DNA of 64,000 bases, taken from positions 256,001 to 320,000 of the forward strand of contig JBHLOY010000003.1 in assembly GCA_048939995.1 (NCBI GenBank), given 5' to 3'. This document shows, piece by piece, positions 10,573-22,103 of this stretch. The translations under genes were made by a program, and so were the position numbers. The DNA comes from Promethearchaeota archaeon. GTDB lineage: Archaea > Asgardarchaeota > Lokiarchaeia > Sigyniarchaeales > SOKP01. The notes beneath the pieces were generated by a model, which worked only from the letters and a program-made list of their open reading frames with translations, was not told the origin of the DNA and did not search any database. Numbering within the stretch: the first letter of the stretch is position 1; each line of letters starts with the position of its first letter.

Positions 10573-11733
10573 TTAGGTAAAAAAATTTGAATCATGCCTT
10601 TTCAGACTGTCACTTAAAACAAGACAAAGCTTCTTTAAGACTTTTGTATTGACTTTGTCAATAGTATCATTAGGAGTGTGCATATAATTTTGTACATGTA
10701 CTCCTCCAATCCCATATCCTTGAAACCCTTTATCTCCTAAAAAGCCTCCATCAGAATGGGTACCAAAAACTCTATTAGTAATATAGTGATTTATCCTAAG
10801 GTATCTAGAATTGTTCAAAATGAGATTATCAACATCTTTAGCATGATCATCTTCCCTTCCTCCTGGAAATAAAAAAATATAATTAGCAATAGATTCAAAA
10901 TTAAAAATTATTGATTTCTTAGGATCAAAATTATCTAAATTATTATAAAAGTGTCTTACACCCATTGTTCCGCATTCTTCAGCTCCGCTAAAAAGAAACC
11001 ACATATTATAATTGGTTAATCGGTTTTCAGGACGAGAAAAATAATTAAGGAGCTCTAAATTACAAGCTATACCTGAGGCGTTGTCAACAGTTCCTGGAGA
11101 ATCATTATTTGTTGTGTTAAGAATAATGAGAATTGAACTTAATATGTTTAATGTAAGAGGAGGCGCTCCTATAATGAATAATATTATTTCATATGTTCTC
11201 GATATTGTTACTTTTAAAATGATGATAAGTGCCATAACTATAGAGGAAATTACCCATAATTTAATAATTCTTATTCGAGTTTTAACCGTGAATCTTTGTC
11301 CCTTAGAATCTAAATGGCTCATCAATAAAACTATGCGATCATTATTTTTTTCATCATCCGATTTACCTTTTAGCCTGACTACTAGATTCTGGGAATTAAA
11401 TTTAGGCATTATTCGTATCTTTTCGGGTTTTCGTGTTATAATAAAAGAAACGATTACAATACCTAATAAAATTAGAATTAAAAGTAAAGAAATTATCATA
11501 TTAATATTAAAGAAAAGTAGTAAAAATATTAAGGAACCCGATGAAAATGCTATTTTGGGATATATCCTTGAATAAAAAGAACTGAAAGTGAAGCGCTGTA
11601 TTTCAAAATCTAAATTTAAATTCTCAACCTCGCTTTTTACTTTATTAAAAGCTTTCAATTCAGATTGAGTTCCAGATAATCGAGGAAAAGCAAACTTTTT
11701 AAGATTCTGTTTTATTCGGGTTTCTTTAATCAT
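10573..11733 (-). CDS. Membrane-embedded M28 family peptidase
   Basis: SHLDSK, GTVDNASG, GAEECG, SD, MHTPNDT plus TM inserts. Confidence 0.88.
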   Translation of the reverse strand: MIKETRIKQNLKKFAFPRLSGTQSELKAFNKVKSEVENLNLDFEIQRFTFSSFYSRIYPKIAFSSGSLIFLLLFFNINMIISLLLILILLGIVIVSFIITRKPEKIRIMPKFNSQNLVVRLKGKSDDEKNNDRIVLLMSHLDSKGQRFTVKTRIRIIKLWVISSIVMALIIILKVTISRTYEIILFIIGAPPLTLNILSSILIILNTTNNDSPGTVDNASGIACNLELLNYFSRPENRLTNYNMWFLFSGAEECGTMGVRHFYNNLDNFDPKKSIIFNFESIANYIFLFPGGREDDHAKDVDNLILNNSRYLRINHYITNRVFGTHSDGGFLGDKGFQGYGIGGVHVQNYMHTPNDTIDKVNTKVLKKLCLVLSDSLKRHDSNFFT

Positions 11734-11875
11734 ATTAATACTTTTACATAATTTCGTTTTTTAAATATTAGAAATAATAAAAGAGCTTCTGTATTAAATT
11801 CAAATTTGGGAAAAATACATCTTTAATTCAAAAAATTATTAAAATTTTCAAAATTTAGAGATTGATCAGATAAAA

Positions 11876-12355
11876 ATGATTTTTCAATTAGATTCATATT
11901 GTGGATTATATTGCGGCGCTTGCTTTATCATGACTGCTTATCGTCAAAATCGTAATGATTGTCTACCAAATGAGTGGGTAAGCCCTATACATGATAAAGA
12001 AATTAAATGTCATGGCTGTAAAAGTAAATTTGTCTTTAAGAATTGTCGAGGGTGTAGAATTCGCGCATGTGCTCAAACTAAAAATATTGAATTTTGTAAT
12101 GAATGCTCTGAATTCCCCTGTGAAAAGATCAATAATCTAAAAAAATTTAATCTTGCACATCATCATGTAGCCATTAATAGTTTAGAAAGCATCAAAACAA
12201 TCGGTAAACAAGAATGGTTAAAACAACAAAGAAAGCGTTGGAAATGTTCCAATTGTGGTTTTCCATTCTCCTGGTATGAAAAAACCTGTATTAAATGTGG
12301 CAATGATTTGTTTAATAGTGTTAAAGAAAAAAATATCCTCTTTTTAGATTTCTAA
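11876..12355 (+). CDS. DUF3795-type Cys-rich metal-binding protein
   Basis: CGLYCGAC, CHGC, CRGCRIRAC, FCNECSEFPC, C-terminal zinc ribbon. Confidence 0.8.
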   Translation: MIFQLDSYCGLYCGACFIMTAYRQNRNDCLPNEWVSPIHDKEIKCHGCKSKFVFKNCRGCRIRACAQTKNIEFCNECSEFPCEKINNLKKFNLAHHHVAINSLESIKTIGKQEWLKQQRKRWKCSNCGFPFSWYEKTCIKCGNDLFNSVKEKNILFLDF

Positions 12356-12424
12356 ATTTCCTTTTAGAAATTTTCTTTAATATAAACCGAATAAATCAAT
12401 TTATTAATATTAAAAACTTTATAT

Positions 12425-12871
12425 ATGATTATGGTAAAAATCCAAGTTGAACCAATTGGCTACGTAGAAAGAGAATCTCCCGATGAATATAATAAAGATC
12501 GGAGTTTAAACTCAAAAATAATCATTAAAAAGAGCATTAGTAAGGCATTAGATGGTATTGAAGATTTCTCCCACATTTATATCATCTTCTGGATGGACAA
12601 AATCAAAGATTCTGGCTATTTGCATCATCCGGGGAAAACTCAAGGATCGAAACCCCTAGGTATCTTTGCAACTAGAGCTCCAATACACCCCAATCCTATT
12701 GGATTAACATTAGTTGAATTAATAAAACGAAAAGAAAATGTTATTTGGGTGAAAGGACTTGATGCTTATAATAAAACATCCGTGTTGGACATTAAACCAT
12801 ATCCTGATTGGGAACATGGAAAGTGTATTATAATTGATGACTTTAGAGTACCAAAATGGTTGAAAAAATAA
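12425..12871 (+). CDS. tsaA: tRNA m6t6A37 methyltransferase TrmO/TsaA family
   Basis: PIGYV, GIFATRAP.HPNPIGLT, GLDA....VLDIKPY. Confidence 0.88.
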   Translation: MIMVKIQVEPIGYVERESPDEYNKDRSLNSKIIIKKSISKALDGIEDFSHIYIIFWMDKIKDSGYLHHPGKTQGSKPLGIFATRAPIHPNPIGLTLVELIKRKENVIWVKGLDAYNKTSVLDIKPYPDWEHGKCIIIDDFRVPKWLKK

Positions 12872-12876
12872 TTAAT

Positions 12877-14079
12877 TTAAATTAAATTGATTAGTCTAGT
12901 CAATAACTCGAGACTCCTTTTTTCGTTATTAAGAACCATGTTCATTAAATTAGAGTTATAGTTTCGACGCACAGGGCTGTCTAATTTGACAGCAGGTCCC
13001 CATAAAGTATCTATTACGGGAAAAATATTTCGAATTCTCTCTAAAATTTCAGTTTTCAAATTAGATACATCATATAAAAAAGATTGACTACCGTTTATAT
13101 TTTCTATTAACTTTTCTAGACTACTTGTTTCATTCAATCTTTTATCCCAGTAAGATTGCTTTAAAATGCTTGATAGCTGGCTAGTCTCATTATATAATTT
13201 GCTTATTGCCTTTAATTGTGAATATTGGAGGTATTTCTCAATTTCTTCTAAAAATCTGCCAGCATTAGAACGATCATATGAAAGTTGTCCAGCCTGAGTT
13301 GTAACACTCCAAATTACTGGCCAGGTAATTTCTGACTGTTCTATCTCTTCCTTTAAATCAATAAGTGCAGCTAAACCTTGTTTAAGGGATTTATCTTCCA
13401 ATGAGGGAGTGCTATATTTTTGAGCGCCGGGATGGTTTTTATAAAGTAAGGATTTCCCCTTATAAAGATTAATAGCTCGGTTTATTGATTCAAAAAATAT
13501 ATTTTTTTGATCTGGTTGATTTATCTTTTTTTCAAATAAGAAAATAGGATTATCAGCCCAAATAATAGGTCCAGGAACTGGACCATCCCACTTTTCCGAA
13601 ATAGAGATTTTCTCATATTTATAAGAATCTGATAAATTTTCACGACCAATTTGTAATAAAAATTCATCTGTATCCTCATTGATACCAGTAATAATAATAG
13701 CTCCATGATACCATTGGCTACCCAAATTAGATGTAATAATAGGATAACCTTCTTTTAAGGAATTTTTAATACGATCTTTAGTTCTTTCTATTTTTTCATT
13801 AACAAACCATTTTCCTTCCCAACCAACTGAGGCACATGCGAATGATATAGTATCTATCGGTACTCGATCTCTCATTGGTTCACGCACATCATCTTTATCA
13901 TACACAAATTTAAAGGCATCTCCCGAAATGCCTGTTAACCACCAAGAATTGATTTTCTGTCCAAGATAACTTAAACAAGATTCAAGCGCAAGCATGAACA
14001 TATCTCCAGCATCCCAATCAAGAAGGAAAGCTGGCACATTTTCGATAACTATTTCGATATTTTGAGGTACAGAATTCAT
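12877..14079 (-). CDS. Hypothetical protein with BtrH/C39-like N-terminal region
   Basis: LTGISGDAF.F, GYPII, HGAIITG pattern; family call is tentative. Confidence 0.5.
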   Translation of the reverse strand: MNSVPQNIEIVIENVPAFLLDWDAGDMFMLALESCLSYLGQKINSWWLTGISGDAFKFVYDKDDVREPMRDRVPIDTISFACASVGWEGKWFVNEKIERTKDRIKNSLKEGYPIITSNLGSQWYHGAIIITGINEDTDEFLLQIGRENLSDSYKYEKISISEKWDGPVPGPIIWADNPIFLFEKKINQPDQKNIFFESINRAINLYKGKSLLYKNHPGAQKYSTPSLEDKSLKQGLAALIDLKEEIEQSEITWPVIWSVTTQAGQLSYDRSNAGRFLEEIEKYLQYSQLKAISKLYNETSQLSSILKQSYWDKRLNETSSLEKLIENINGSQSFLYDVSNLKTEILERIRNIFPVIDTLWGPAVKLDSPVRRNYNSNLMNMVLNNEKRSLELLTRLINLI

Positions 14080-14156
14080 ATAATTATATATTAAATAAAC
14101 TATATAAAATAATGGGAGTTGATAGACCGATTTTAAATAAGTAATCTAAATTTTAA

Positions 14157-14522
14157 TTAATACCATTGAGTAGTATCTGCTTCCAATGTGAGATCATTTA
14201 AAGTTGCAGCTCCCACTATTTTAACCCCTGGAATAAGATCAATTTTCTCCCATCCTAGCATTCTCTTTGAAGCTTCACATACTAGAATTTCTACCCCGGC
14301 ATCTAAAGTTTTATCTATCATCTCTTTTACAGTTGGAAACGAACCTAATTTAATTTTTTCAGCTTCACCAGGTCTTAATATTCTCAATCCTTTTCCTAAG
14401 TAATATACCTTAGCATCTAAATCCATTGCTTTAGCAGTCTGAGCTAATACAAGAGGAGAATATTGTCGTTCAGGGTCATCACTTGTCTGAACATATAAAA
14501 TAGACTTTTTTTCTTTACTAAT
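14157..14522 (-). CDS. DsrE/DsrF-like protein, apparent ATT start
   Basis: The frame extends upstream of the track's ATG as (I)SKEKKSILYVQTSDDPERQYSPLVLAQTAKAMD; also GVEILVCEAS and VGAATL. GAGGTGG RBS 6 nt before the ATT. Confidence 0.75.
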   Translation of the reverse strand: MSKEKKSILYVQTSDDPERQYSPLVLAQTAKAMDLDAKVYYLGKGLRILRPGEAEKIKLGSFPTVKEMIDKTLDAGVEILVCEASKRMLGWEKIDLIPGVKIVGAATLNDLTLEADTTQWY

Positions 14523-14922
14523 TTTTTTCCACCTCTTTAAGGTTATATTTATTTTATTTTAATCAAAAAGCTTATTCTCCTCATCGAAATTAAAAGTATA
14601 AATGTTCGTTTAGTTTTTTTAAAGAAAACTTAAAATTTCAATTATAATAATTCATCAATTTTAATTGAAAATTTATAGAATATTACTTTCTTCATTTTAC
14701 AATAAATTAAGAGTATTGACTAAGAGTTTGAATGGTTTAATAACAGTTTTATAAAAAAAATATTATTTAAACTGCATTTTAATAAAAAAAGAACAAGAAA
14801 AAAGCATTTTATTTAAAGCACCTTTATAACATCTGGAGAACAGATGGATAACTCTAAAATTTTTTAAAGAAGTTATTATTATAATATTAATAACGTTAAA
14901 ATATGCAAACAGTGGCTTATAA

Positions 14923-15588
14923 TTGAATATTATTCCTTTATTCTCATCAGTTATTTCACTTGTGTTTTCAGGATTATTGTTAATTCAATTTGTTAAAAGA
15001 CGTAAGATTCATCAAGTTTTATGGATGATTGCATTACTTTTTTTCGGAATTTCAACTTTAATTGAATTTTTAATGAACGCTGATATTTTAGGAGTTAATA
15101 ATATGATTCTCTTTACTATATTCTATGTAACAGCTTCTTCCTTAGTAGGATTATTAGGTGCGGGACAATTATATTTAATCCTTAAAAACAAAATTTCCCA
15201 TTTTTTCCTAATTTTTGTAATCATACTTACAGTAATCCTAATTATAACTCTAAGCATCGTTCCTTTTCCAACCTCCTTAACTTTTGTAGGTGAACTTGGA
15301 GAGGATATTCGGATTATTTCAAATGCCTATCCTATGTCTGTAAGAATTTTTGCAATTATTTTAGCTTCTGTAGGAGGGTCAGTATTACTCTTAGGTTCTC
15401 TATATAGCTTTATCAGAGACAGAAAACGGTATTATACTCTTTTTTTCACGCTCGGGGCAATTTTTCCTTTACTTCGCAATATTCCCTTTGGTTATTTAGG
15501 AAATGAGTTGGCAAGTGTAATTTCCTTATTTACAGGATTTATACTGAGTCTGGTATATCTAAAAAAAAGCACTAAACCAATCGAATAA
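14923..15588 (+). CDS. Multi-pass (about 7 TM) membrane protein
   Basis: Hydrophobic segments throughout. Confidence 0.7.
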   Translation: MNIIPLFSSVISLVFSGLLLIQFVKRRKIHQVLWMIALLFFGISTLIEFLMNADILGVNNMILFTIFYVTASSLVGLLGAGQLYLILKNKISHFFLIFVIILTVILIITLSIVPFPTSLTFVGELGEDIRIISNAYPMSVRIFAIILASVGGSVLLLGSLYSFIRDRKRYYTLFFTLGAIFPLLRNIPFGYLGNELASVISLFTGFILSLVYLKKSTKPIE

Positions 15589-15601
15589 TAATTAGCTAAA
15601 A

Positions 15602-17017
15602 TTATTTTAAGTCATTCTTTTTTTTCCGGACTCTTTTGGCTTGGATTGCAATAGTTTCAAGAAGTCTCCTCTGATTTGTTGAGATCCATGGCCCTTCACA
15701 ATCAATTGCTGCGTATGGAATTTCACTCTTATTGGTTAGTGGCCGTATAATAGCTTGTGAGTTCATTGCAGGCTGACAATTAAAGGTTCCTAAATTAATT
15801 AAGCCATCGTAGATACCCTCTTTAATTGAATGTAAAAATCGACCAGTTATTATTGGGGTTTCGCTAAGGCTATTTGACGAAACAAACTTACTCCCTTCTT
15901 CAAAAAGATCAATAAAATCTATAAATGGGTCAAAAATTAATCCTGATTTACTCATAATCTTTTTGAAAATCTTTAATTGGGAATTTAAGAAATTCAAAGC
16001 ACTTTTATTTCTTTTTATCCTAATAACTTCTTTCTGCTCAGTTTCATCTAAACCACTAGCATTAAGTAATTGTTCATTAAATTGTTCTTTTGGAGTGATA
16101 TATCCCTTTTTAAATCCATATCTTATTGTACTTTCAGCTAAAATTAAACTCATAGTTTCAACGATGTCTACGACTTTCGTAATAATACCCCTATCAAGAA
16201 AAAAATTTTCAACAGGATAATGATCAAACATTAAATTTAAACCACCAAATATTAATACCTTTGGAGTTTCTTCAACTTTTGCTCTAACCGGTATTTTTGC
16301 AACCTCTCTTGCCCATTTTATTAAACCTATGTTTAAAGTTTTCTTTCCTTCTTTAACACTTTTGATAAAATTGTTGGTCAAATCTTCAAATTTCTCTAAG
16401 GCTGCAAATCTTTTTTCAGCAACACATTGCAAGGCATTTCTTGCTTCGATAAGATATTGGCCTAAAATAAAGTATATATTCTCCCATGCTAATAGATCGC
16501 GATTCAAGCCTAAATAATTGTTAGTATACTTAGGGAATGCACAGAAAATTGCATTTTTCAGATTTAATCTTTTTGCAAAGATTTCCCAAAGAACTGGCCA
16601 TGCCCCATTTTGGCACGGACCATGGTTATCTATTGGGCTACGATAAATTGTGATTTCATTTTCATTCCGATATTCATTTATATCCTTTAAGACTGCTCCG
16701 GCTATGGCAACACTCGCAAGACACTCTCTTCCAGAACAAATATGTTTAGCATATTGTAAAACTGAAGCATCTGTTTCTTTACTTATTCTGATATTTCTAT
16801 TATATTTTTTAAATAAATCTTTCACAAGTCTTCTTCCATAAGGATTACGAGGTTCTGGATTAACATATACTATCCTTGGATCATCAAATCCAACTTTTTG
16901 ATCATCACTGTCAATAATGTACTTACGATCTTCTGAAAATCGAGCTGGTTTAACAGGATCTTCGTTATCACCTTTAATTTCATCAATCTCAGTCATCTTT
17001 AGGCCACTATTATTCAA
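15602..17017 (-). CDS. Partner of the CoA-enzyme activase (2-hydroxyacyl-CoA dehydratase-related C-terminal part)
   Basis: CSGRECL, GPCQNG, GTFNCQPA, IDCEG; 9 bp after the activase gene. Confidence 0.75.
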   Translation of the reverse strand: MNNSGLKMTEIDEIKGDNEDPVKPARFSEDRKYIIDSDDQKVGFDDPRIVYVNPEPRNPYGRRLVKDLFKKYNRNIRISKETDASVLQYAKHICSGRECLASVAIAGAVLKDINEYRNENEITIYRSPIDNHGPCQNGAWPVLWEIFAKRLNLKNAIFCAFPKYTNNYLGLNRDLLAWENIYFILGQYLIEARNALQCVAEKRFAALEKFEDLTNNFIKSVKEGKKTLNIGLIKWAREVAKIPVRAKVEETPKVLIFGGLNLMFDHYPVENFFLDRGIITKVVDIVETMSLILAESTIRYGFKKGYITPKEQFNEQLLNASGLDETEQKEVIRIKRNKSALNFLNSQLKIFKKIMSKSGLIFDPFIDFIDLFEEGSKFVSSNSLSETPIITGRFLHSIKEGIYDGLINLGTFNCQPAMNSQAIIRPLTNKSEIPYAAIDCEGPWISTNQRRLLETIAIQAKRVRKKKNDLK

Positions 17018-17026
17018 TTTGATATT

Positions 17027-19945
17027 TTATTTTACATTTCGATGGCGTTCTTCAATAATATCTAGAAAGGCGCCCACTCTTGTTTCAAACCCTGCATGAG
17101 CTGTATGCGAATCTAGTTCTAGGTAACAAAAAGTATGATTTTCAAGCTTTTGCCGAAAATTATGGTACATAGTACCATCAGGACCACAAGAAAAGCAAGA
17201 TACAAAACAAATATAAAAATTTGGATACTTTTTTACATATTCGATGGCATTATCAATCTCTTGTGTAAAACTCCACACATTTCTTGAATGTGTTTTTCCA
17301 TTGTTTAATACAGGTAACAAATCAGAAGGAATGGCATTATATCCTCTACTAACAATTTTACGGGGAAGCGCTATATTAACATCTGAGGGGTAAACAATAT
17401 AAGGTCTTCCAGCAATGATTACTGTGGGTTTCTTTAATAGTTCTTTCAGTTTTACTTTACCAAACTCGCGGTATTTTTCTCTAAACATTTTGTAGTGAGA
17501 TAAAGCAACTAATCCCGCATTAATACCCACACCTTCTTCTAATCCCAATAAAAAAGCAATTCTCCCAAATTCCTTTAAAGTTGTTCCTATAAGTTCTTCT
17601 GAGAGGCCAATATGAGGTGATAATAATTTATCACTAACATTTTCAAAAGCTGCACGGATGATGTCCGGGATAGTGGTCGTAGAAGGGCATGTATAACTAT
17701 GGATATATCCTGGTGGAATTTTTAATTCAATAACATGAGGTAAGAAAATGTAATCTACATTACGATTAATAAGATCATCTACCGCTCTATGAACTAATTC
17801 ACAAGGATAACATATAGGGGCTTTTGTTTTACTATTACTTGACTTTGAAGAATCCGATAATACAACATTATATCCAAGCTCGTTGATAAATTTAGCATAT
17901 AGTGGGTAAAGTACATGGGATGTTAAAGCCATTGGGATACCTATCGTTCCAAGAGGATCCTTTAATGAACGTGCCCCAAATTCATCAATTGTCATCTTGT
18001 TTCTTAATTCTACAAGATCTTGGCCTTCATTTAGTTTAGTACCTTTTTGGCGTATTATTTTATACCTAGAACATAAACCTCCAAATGGGTATACTTTATT
18101 TCTTATCGATATTCTTTGAATTTTGCAATTGTTTTGACATATTTTGCATCTAAAGGTATCTTTGATTTCATTTTCCCCTTTTGTAAGGTTATTAAGCTTG
18201 TATTTTTCTTCAGATATAATGTTATTTCGCAAAAGATCTCTTGTCATAAAAGCTGTACCCACTGCCCCCATAAGTTCTGGATGTGCTGGAACTATTACCT
18301 TTCGTTGTGAACGAGCAGCAATAGCTAAAGCAACAGATCTATTAAGAGCAACTCCTCCAAGAAAAAGAAGATTATCACCAATATGACGAGGTCCAACAAT
18401 CCGTGAGATGTAATTATCAGCAATAGAATACACTAAACCTGCAATCACATCCTTATAATTAGCTCCCTGTTGAAGTGCATTTCTTATGTCAGTATTAATG
18501 AAGGCAGCACAGCGCTCACCAAATGCTATTGGTTGAGTGCTTTTTAGAGCGATGTCACTTATCTCTTCTACTTCTATGCCCATATCCACTGATGCAGATT
18601 CCTCAAGAAAACTACCCGTTCCCGCAGAACATCCCTCATTCATCGCATAGTCGATTGGTACGCCTTTAAGAAATGAAATAAATTTTGAATCTTGACCTCC
18701 TATTTCAAATACCGTATCAACATTCGAGATCTCTTCTTTAGCGGCTCTAGCATGGGCTAATATCTCATTAAAGCTTCGACAGTTATCTAAATAAACAGAT
18801 ACCATTTCCCTTGCAGAACCTGTTACACCGCATTGAATTAATTTGATAGTATTATCACCAACTTGTTCCATGAGTTTGTTAATACATTGTTTAGTTGCTA
18901 GTATAGGATTTCCCAATGTTCTTAAGTAGATACTTGCCCCTATTGAACCATCTGAGGCATTAAACAATACAGCTTTAGTAGTCGTTGAACCTGCATCTAT
19001 ACCAAGTATATACTTTTCTCCTGCCTTTATTTCTACATGATTATCTAAGTTGGCTCGATAATCCAGAAGAGATTCCGATTCCATAAGAGGTTGATGAGTT
19101 TCAAACTCAATTTCTAACGATTTAAACCATTTTTTATCTTGAATGGAATATTCTTGCAACTCAGACGCAAATAATGATGCACCAAATACTTCAAGATATT
19201 GACTTTCGGGGAGTACTTTTATCTCTGAATCCTTTAAAAACTGCGATAAATTTTTAATAAACACTTTATTTAATGCTACTCCACCTGAAATTACAATTAA
19301 TCTTTTGGGCCATTGAGCGGCTTCTATCATTTCTCCGACCTTTCTAGCTAAATCGTGGATTAAAGTCTTCACAATATCTGCTGGCGTGCATTCTCCCTTA
19401 TTAAGTTTGTGAGTGGCATCACTTTTGCAATGTACAGAACATCTCGTAGCCAATTGCGTAAATTTACCAGTTTTACTTGCTTCAATTCCTTGATCAATAG
19501 ATAAACCCATTCTCTGTAACTGTTGGACAATAAATTCACCCGTACCAGCAGCGCATTTCGTAGTTGAAATAATATTTTTTATAATGCCATTTTTCAAGGG
19601 ATAGACGCTAAATGTTTCCCCTCCTAGAGAGAGAAGAATATCTGGTTTTAAATTATAGAAAGATAAGGCTTTTTCTAAGCATTCTACTTCTGAAAAGTAC
19701 GGTAAATTGAGAAAACTACTTGTAGCTTGGCCAGTAATTACAATTCTAGAACTCTTATCAACTCTATAACGTCTAAATATTTCTAGTACTTTTTTCTTTG
19801 GAGAACCTTCGTGTCGTATAACTTCGCTTAGTATTTCTCCACTCGGTGTTCTTCGAACCCATTTTACGGAAACAGTTCCAATTTCTAATCCCTCATAAAA
19901 AGTTGTTTCACGCCGCTTTATTTCTGAAAGACTCTCATTTGACAT
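17027..19945 (-). CDS. Acyl-CoA dehydratase activase: two BadF/BadG/BcrA/BcrD ATPase domains + DUF2229
   Basis: KCAAGTGEF, RCSVHCKSD, GIDAGSTTTK, EIGGQDSK, MNEGCSAGTGSF, CYPC, SCFSCGPD. Confidence 0.9.
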   Translation of the reverse strand: MSNESLSEIKRRETTFYEGLEIGTVSVKWVRRTPSGEILSEVIRHEGSPKKKVLEIFRRYRVDKSSRIVITGQATSSFLNLPYFSEVECLEKALSFYNLKPDILLSLGGETFSVYPLKNGIIKNIISTTKCAAGTGEFIVQQLQRMGLSIDQGIEASKTGKFTQLATRCSVHCKSDATHKLNKGECTPADIVKTLIHDLARKVGEMIEAAQWPKRLIVISGGVALNKVFIKNLSQFLKDSEIKVLPESQYLEVFGASLFASELQEYSIQDKKWFKSLEIEFETHQPLMESESLLDYRANLDNHVEIKAGEKYILGIDAGSTTTKAVLFNASDGSIGASIYLRTLGNPILATKQCINKLMEQVGDNTIKLIQCGVTGSAREMVSVYLDNCRSFNEILAHARAAKEEISNVDTVFEIGGQDSKFISFLKGVPIDYAMNEGCSAGTGSFLEESASVDMGIEVEEISDIALKSTQPIAFGERCAAFINTDIRNALQQGANYKDVIAGLVYSIADNYISRIVGPRHIGDNLLFLGGVALNRSVALAIAARSQRKVIVPAHPELMGAVGTAFMTRDLLRNNIISEEKYKLNNLTKGENEIKDTFRCKICQNNCKIQRISIRNKVYPFGGLCSRYKIIRQKGTKLNEGQDLVELRNKMTIDEFGARSLKDPLGTIGIPMALTSHVLYPLYAKFINELGYNVVLSDSSKSSNSKTKAPICYPCELVHRAVDDLINRNVDYIFLPHVIELKIPPGYIHSYTCPSTTTIPDIIRAAFENVSDKLLSPHIGLSEELIGTTLKEFGRIAFLLGLEEGVGINAGLVALSHYKMFREKYREFGKVKLKELLKKPTVIIAGRPYIVYPSDVNIALPRKIVSRGYNAIPSDLLPVLNNGKTHSRNVWSFTQEIDNAIEYVKKYPNFYICFVSCFSCGPDGTMYHNFRQKLENHTFCYLELDSHTAHAGFETRVGAFLDIIEERHRNVK

Positions 19946-20648
19946 TGATTCTCAACTTTGCTATTTTTGGTGATTATTTCGTTAATTTTTTCAATAAATT
20001 AACTCTCTTGTTATAAAATTAAATAATAAGTTATTTCTATCAACAATTAATTTATAAAATTTTCACGTGAAAACACACTATTAAAGGTATTATTTTATAA
20101 GCGCTATCATTAATGATTTTTAAAAATTCTATTAAATTCTCAAATTGGAATAGATTTTATAAAGAAATACATCTTTAATCAAACTAAATTTCATATCAAC
20201 ACTAATTCTGTACTTTAGTTTAAATTTAAAACTGTCAAAGATTAATTTCCTTGATCTTGAAATATTTTTAATATATATTGAACAAGTACTTTTATTTAAA
20301 AAATAGGAGGATGAATTGTTTCAATTTTTTCGTACCGATTTTTGCAAATATCAGATATGGTACAATCTTCTCTTGCTAATCGTATTCAAAATAAAAGTAA
20401 GAAAAAAATAGAAGTAAGGATAATCTTTTAGGAGTCAACACAATTGATCTGATCCAGAATTTTTTAAAATTTTACTAGATATATTGTTAAAAGTTTGTGA
20501 ATCAAGTTAAGTTAAAGTGATTGAATGTCATTTAAATGGAATAATTCTAATTTAGAATTTAAGAGTGTCTAATGAAAAAATCATAAAAAAGATTGATTGT
20601 AATATTCTATGATGAAGTTCACTGAAAAATTATTTAAAGTGGAGAACT

Positions 20649-21896
20649 ATGGGAATTAATATATTATTAGTGAATCCAAATAGGTTTAAAAGTCCCCCAG
20701 TAATCCCTATTGGCTTAGAATATCTTGTAAGTGCACTGGAGAAGCACAATCACAATGTTGACATATTGGATTTATGTTTTTCTGAATCTCCGGAAGAGAA
20801 GTTGACTAAAATGCTGCTTAAAAGAACATACAATCTCGTAGGTTTTACAATCCGCAACATTGACTCAATTAGTTATTTTAATAGCGAGTTTTTTCTCCCT
20901 TCAATGAAAACTCTAATTCAATGTGTTAAGAAACTTAGTATCCCTGTAGTGTTAGGGGGTTCAGGATTTTCAGCCATGCCACAAGAAATCCTAGATTATC
21001 TCGGAGCAGATTATGGAATCATTGGACCTGGAGAAATTATATTTCCTCATTTTTTAGAATTACTTCAATCTCAAAAAGTAAATAAGCAGATTTATGATGG
21101 TTGGCAATACGGTACTGATGCTGAATTAATTCATTTGCGTGGTAAAAAAATTAATTATTCAAAATATTTGTCTGGAGAGGAGATCATTGGATTTGAGACG
21201 CATAAAGGTTGCCCAGATAAGTGTCCTTTCTGCATCTCAGCATGCTCACGAACTTGGTACAAAAAGATTCCAACCATAATAGAAGAAATTAAATTTCTTA
21301 TTAATCAAGGTTATACTCATTTTCAATTATGCGATAGTGAATTTAATTCTGATATAAATTTCTCAATTAAATTTTGCAGATCTTTAATTGAGGAAAATTT
21401 TCCTATGAAATGGAAGCTCTTTATGAAGCCTTATCCTTATAATAAAAAATTATTTAAATTATTACAAAAGAGCAATGCTTATTTAATAGACCTAACTGTT
21501 TTCAGCGATAAAAAAATTCAAAATTTAAATAATTACTCATATGAGGATTTAGAGAAAGTAATCGAATATTGCGAAAAATATGAAATCGAGTTGATGATTG
21601 ATTCGCATGTAGGATACCCATATGAATCACTTGAATCTATTAAAGACATGATTGAGTTTTTTAAAACCCATCATCCCACAAAAGTGAGTTTAAATCCTTA
21701 CTTTCGATTGTATAAACATACCCAATTAGCGTATTTGATTAAAACTGATACATCTCTACAAAAACACCTAACAAAATGTATTCCTAAAGATTCAGATTTA
21801 TTGGAACCTGTTTTTTACAATCAAGTTGATTACACCATCTTAGAAAAATTAATTTCAGGTAATGAGTTGTTTAAAATTGCATGGCTTACGCCTTAA
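20649..21896 (+). CDS. Cobalamin-binding radical SAM protein
   Basis: N-terminal PIGLEYL...VLGGSGFS B12-binding domain; GCPDKCPFC. Confidence 0.88.
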   Translation: MGINILLVNPNRFKSPPVIPIGLEYLVSALEKHNHNVDILDLCFSESPEEKLTKMLLKRTYNLVGFTIRNIDSISYFNSEFFLPSMKTLIQCVKKLSIPVVLGGSGFSAMPQEILDYLGADYGIIGPGEIIFPHFLELLQSQKVNKQIYDGWQYGTDAELIHLRGKKINYSKYLSGEEIIGFETHKGCPDKCPFCISACSRTWYKKIPTIIEEIKFLINQGYTHFQLCDSEFNSDINFSIKFCRSLIEENFPMKWKLFMKPYPYNKKLFKLLQKSNAYLIDLTVFSDKKIQNLNNYSYEDLEKVIEYCEKYEIELMIDSHVGYPYESLESIKDMIEFFKTHHPTKVSLNPYFRLYKHTQLAYLIKTDTSLQKHLTKCIPKDSDLLEPVFYNQVDYTILEKLISGNELFKIAWLTP

Positions 21897-22103
21897 ATTT
21901 CTCAATGTAGTGTTTGGTGTTGAAAGAGGAAATCTAAGGTTCAGGTTTAGAGCTTGAGGGTTTGCAGAAGTTTGGAATGATTTGAGATTAGAAATGGATT
22001 ATGTTCTGAACAGTATTTTTTATTCTTTTTTGGGGGTTGAGAGATAATTATAAAAATAAATCTGTATTATTATAACTCTATCAATTTTTTAAGTGAGATC
22101 CAT

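Noticed and set aside
11081-11575. 164-aa plus-strand ORF, and similar ones such as 48466-48999, 57786-58160, 8211-8531 and 40007-40279
   Set aside because: They lie opposite better-supported genes and have no recognisable motifs.
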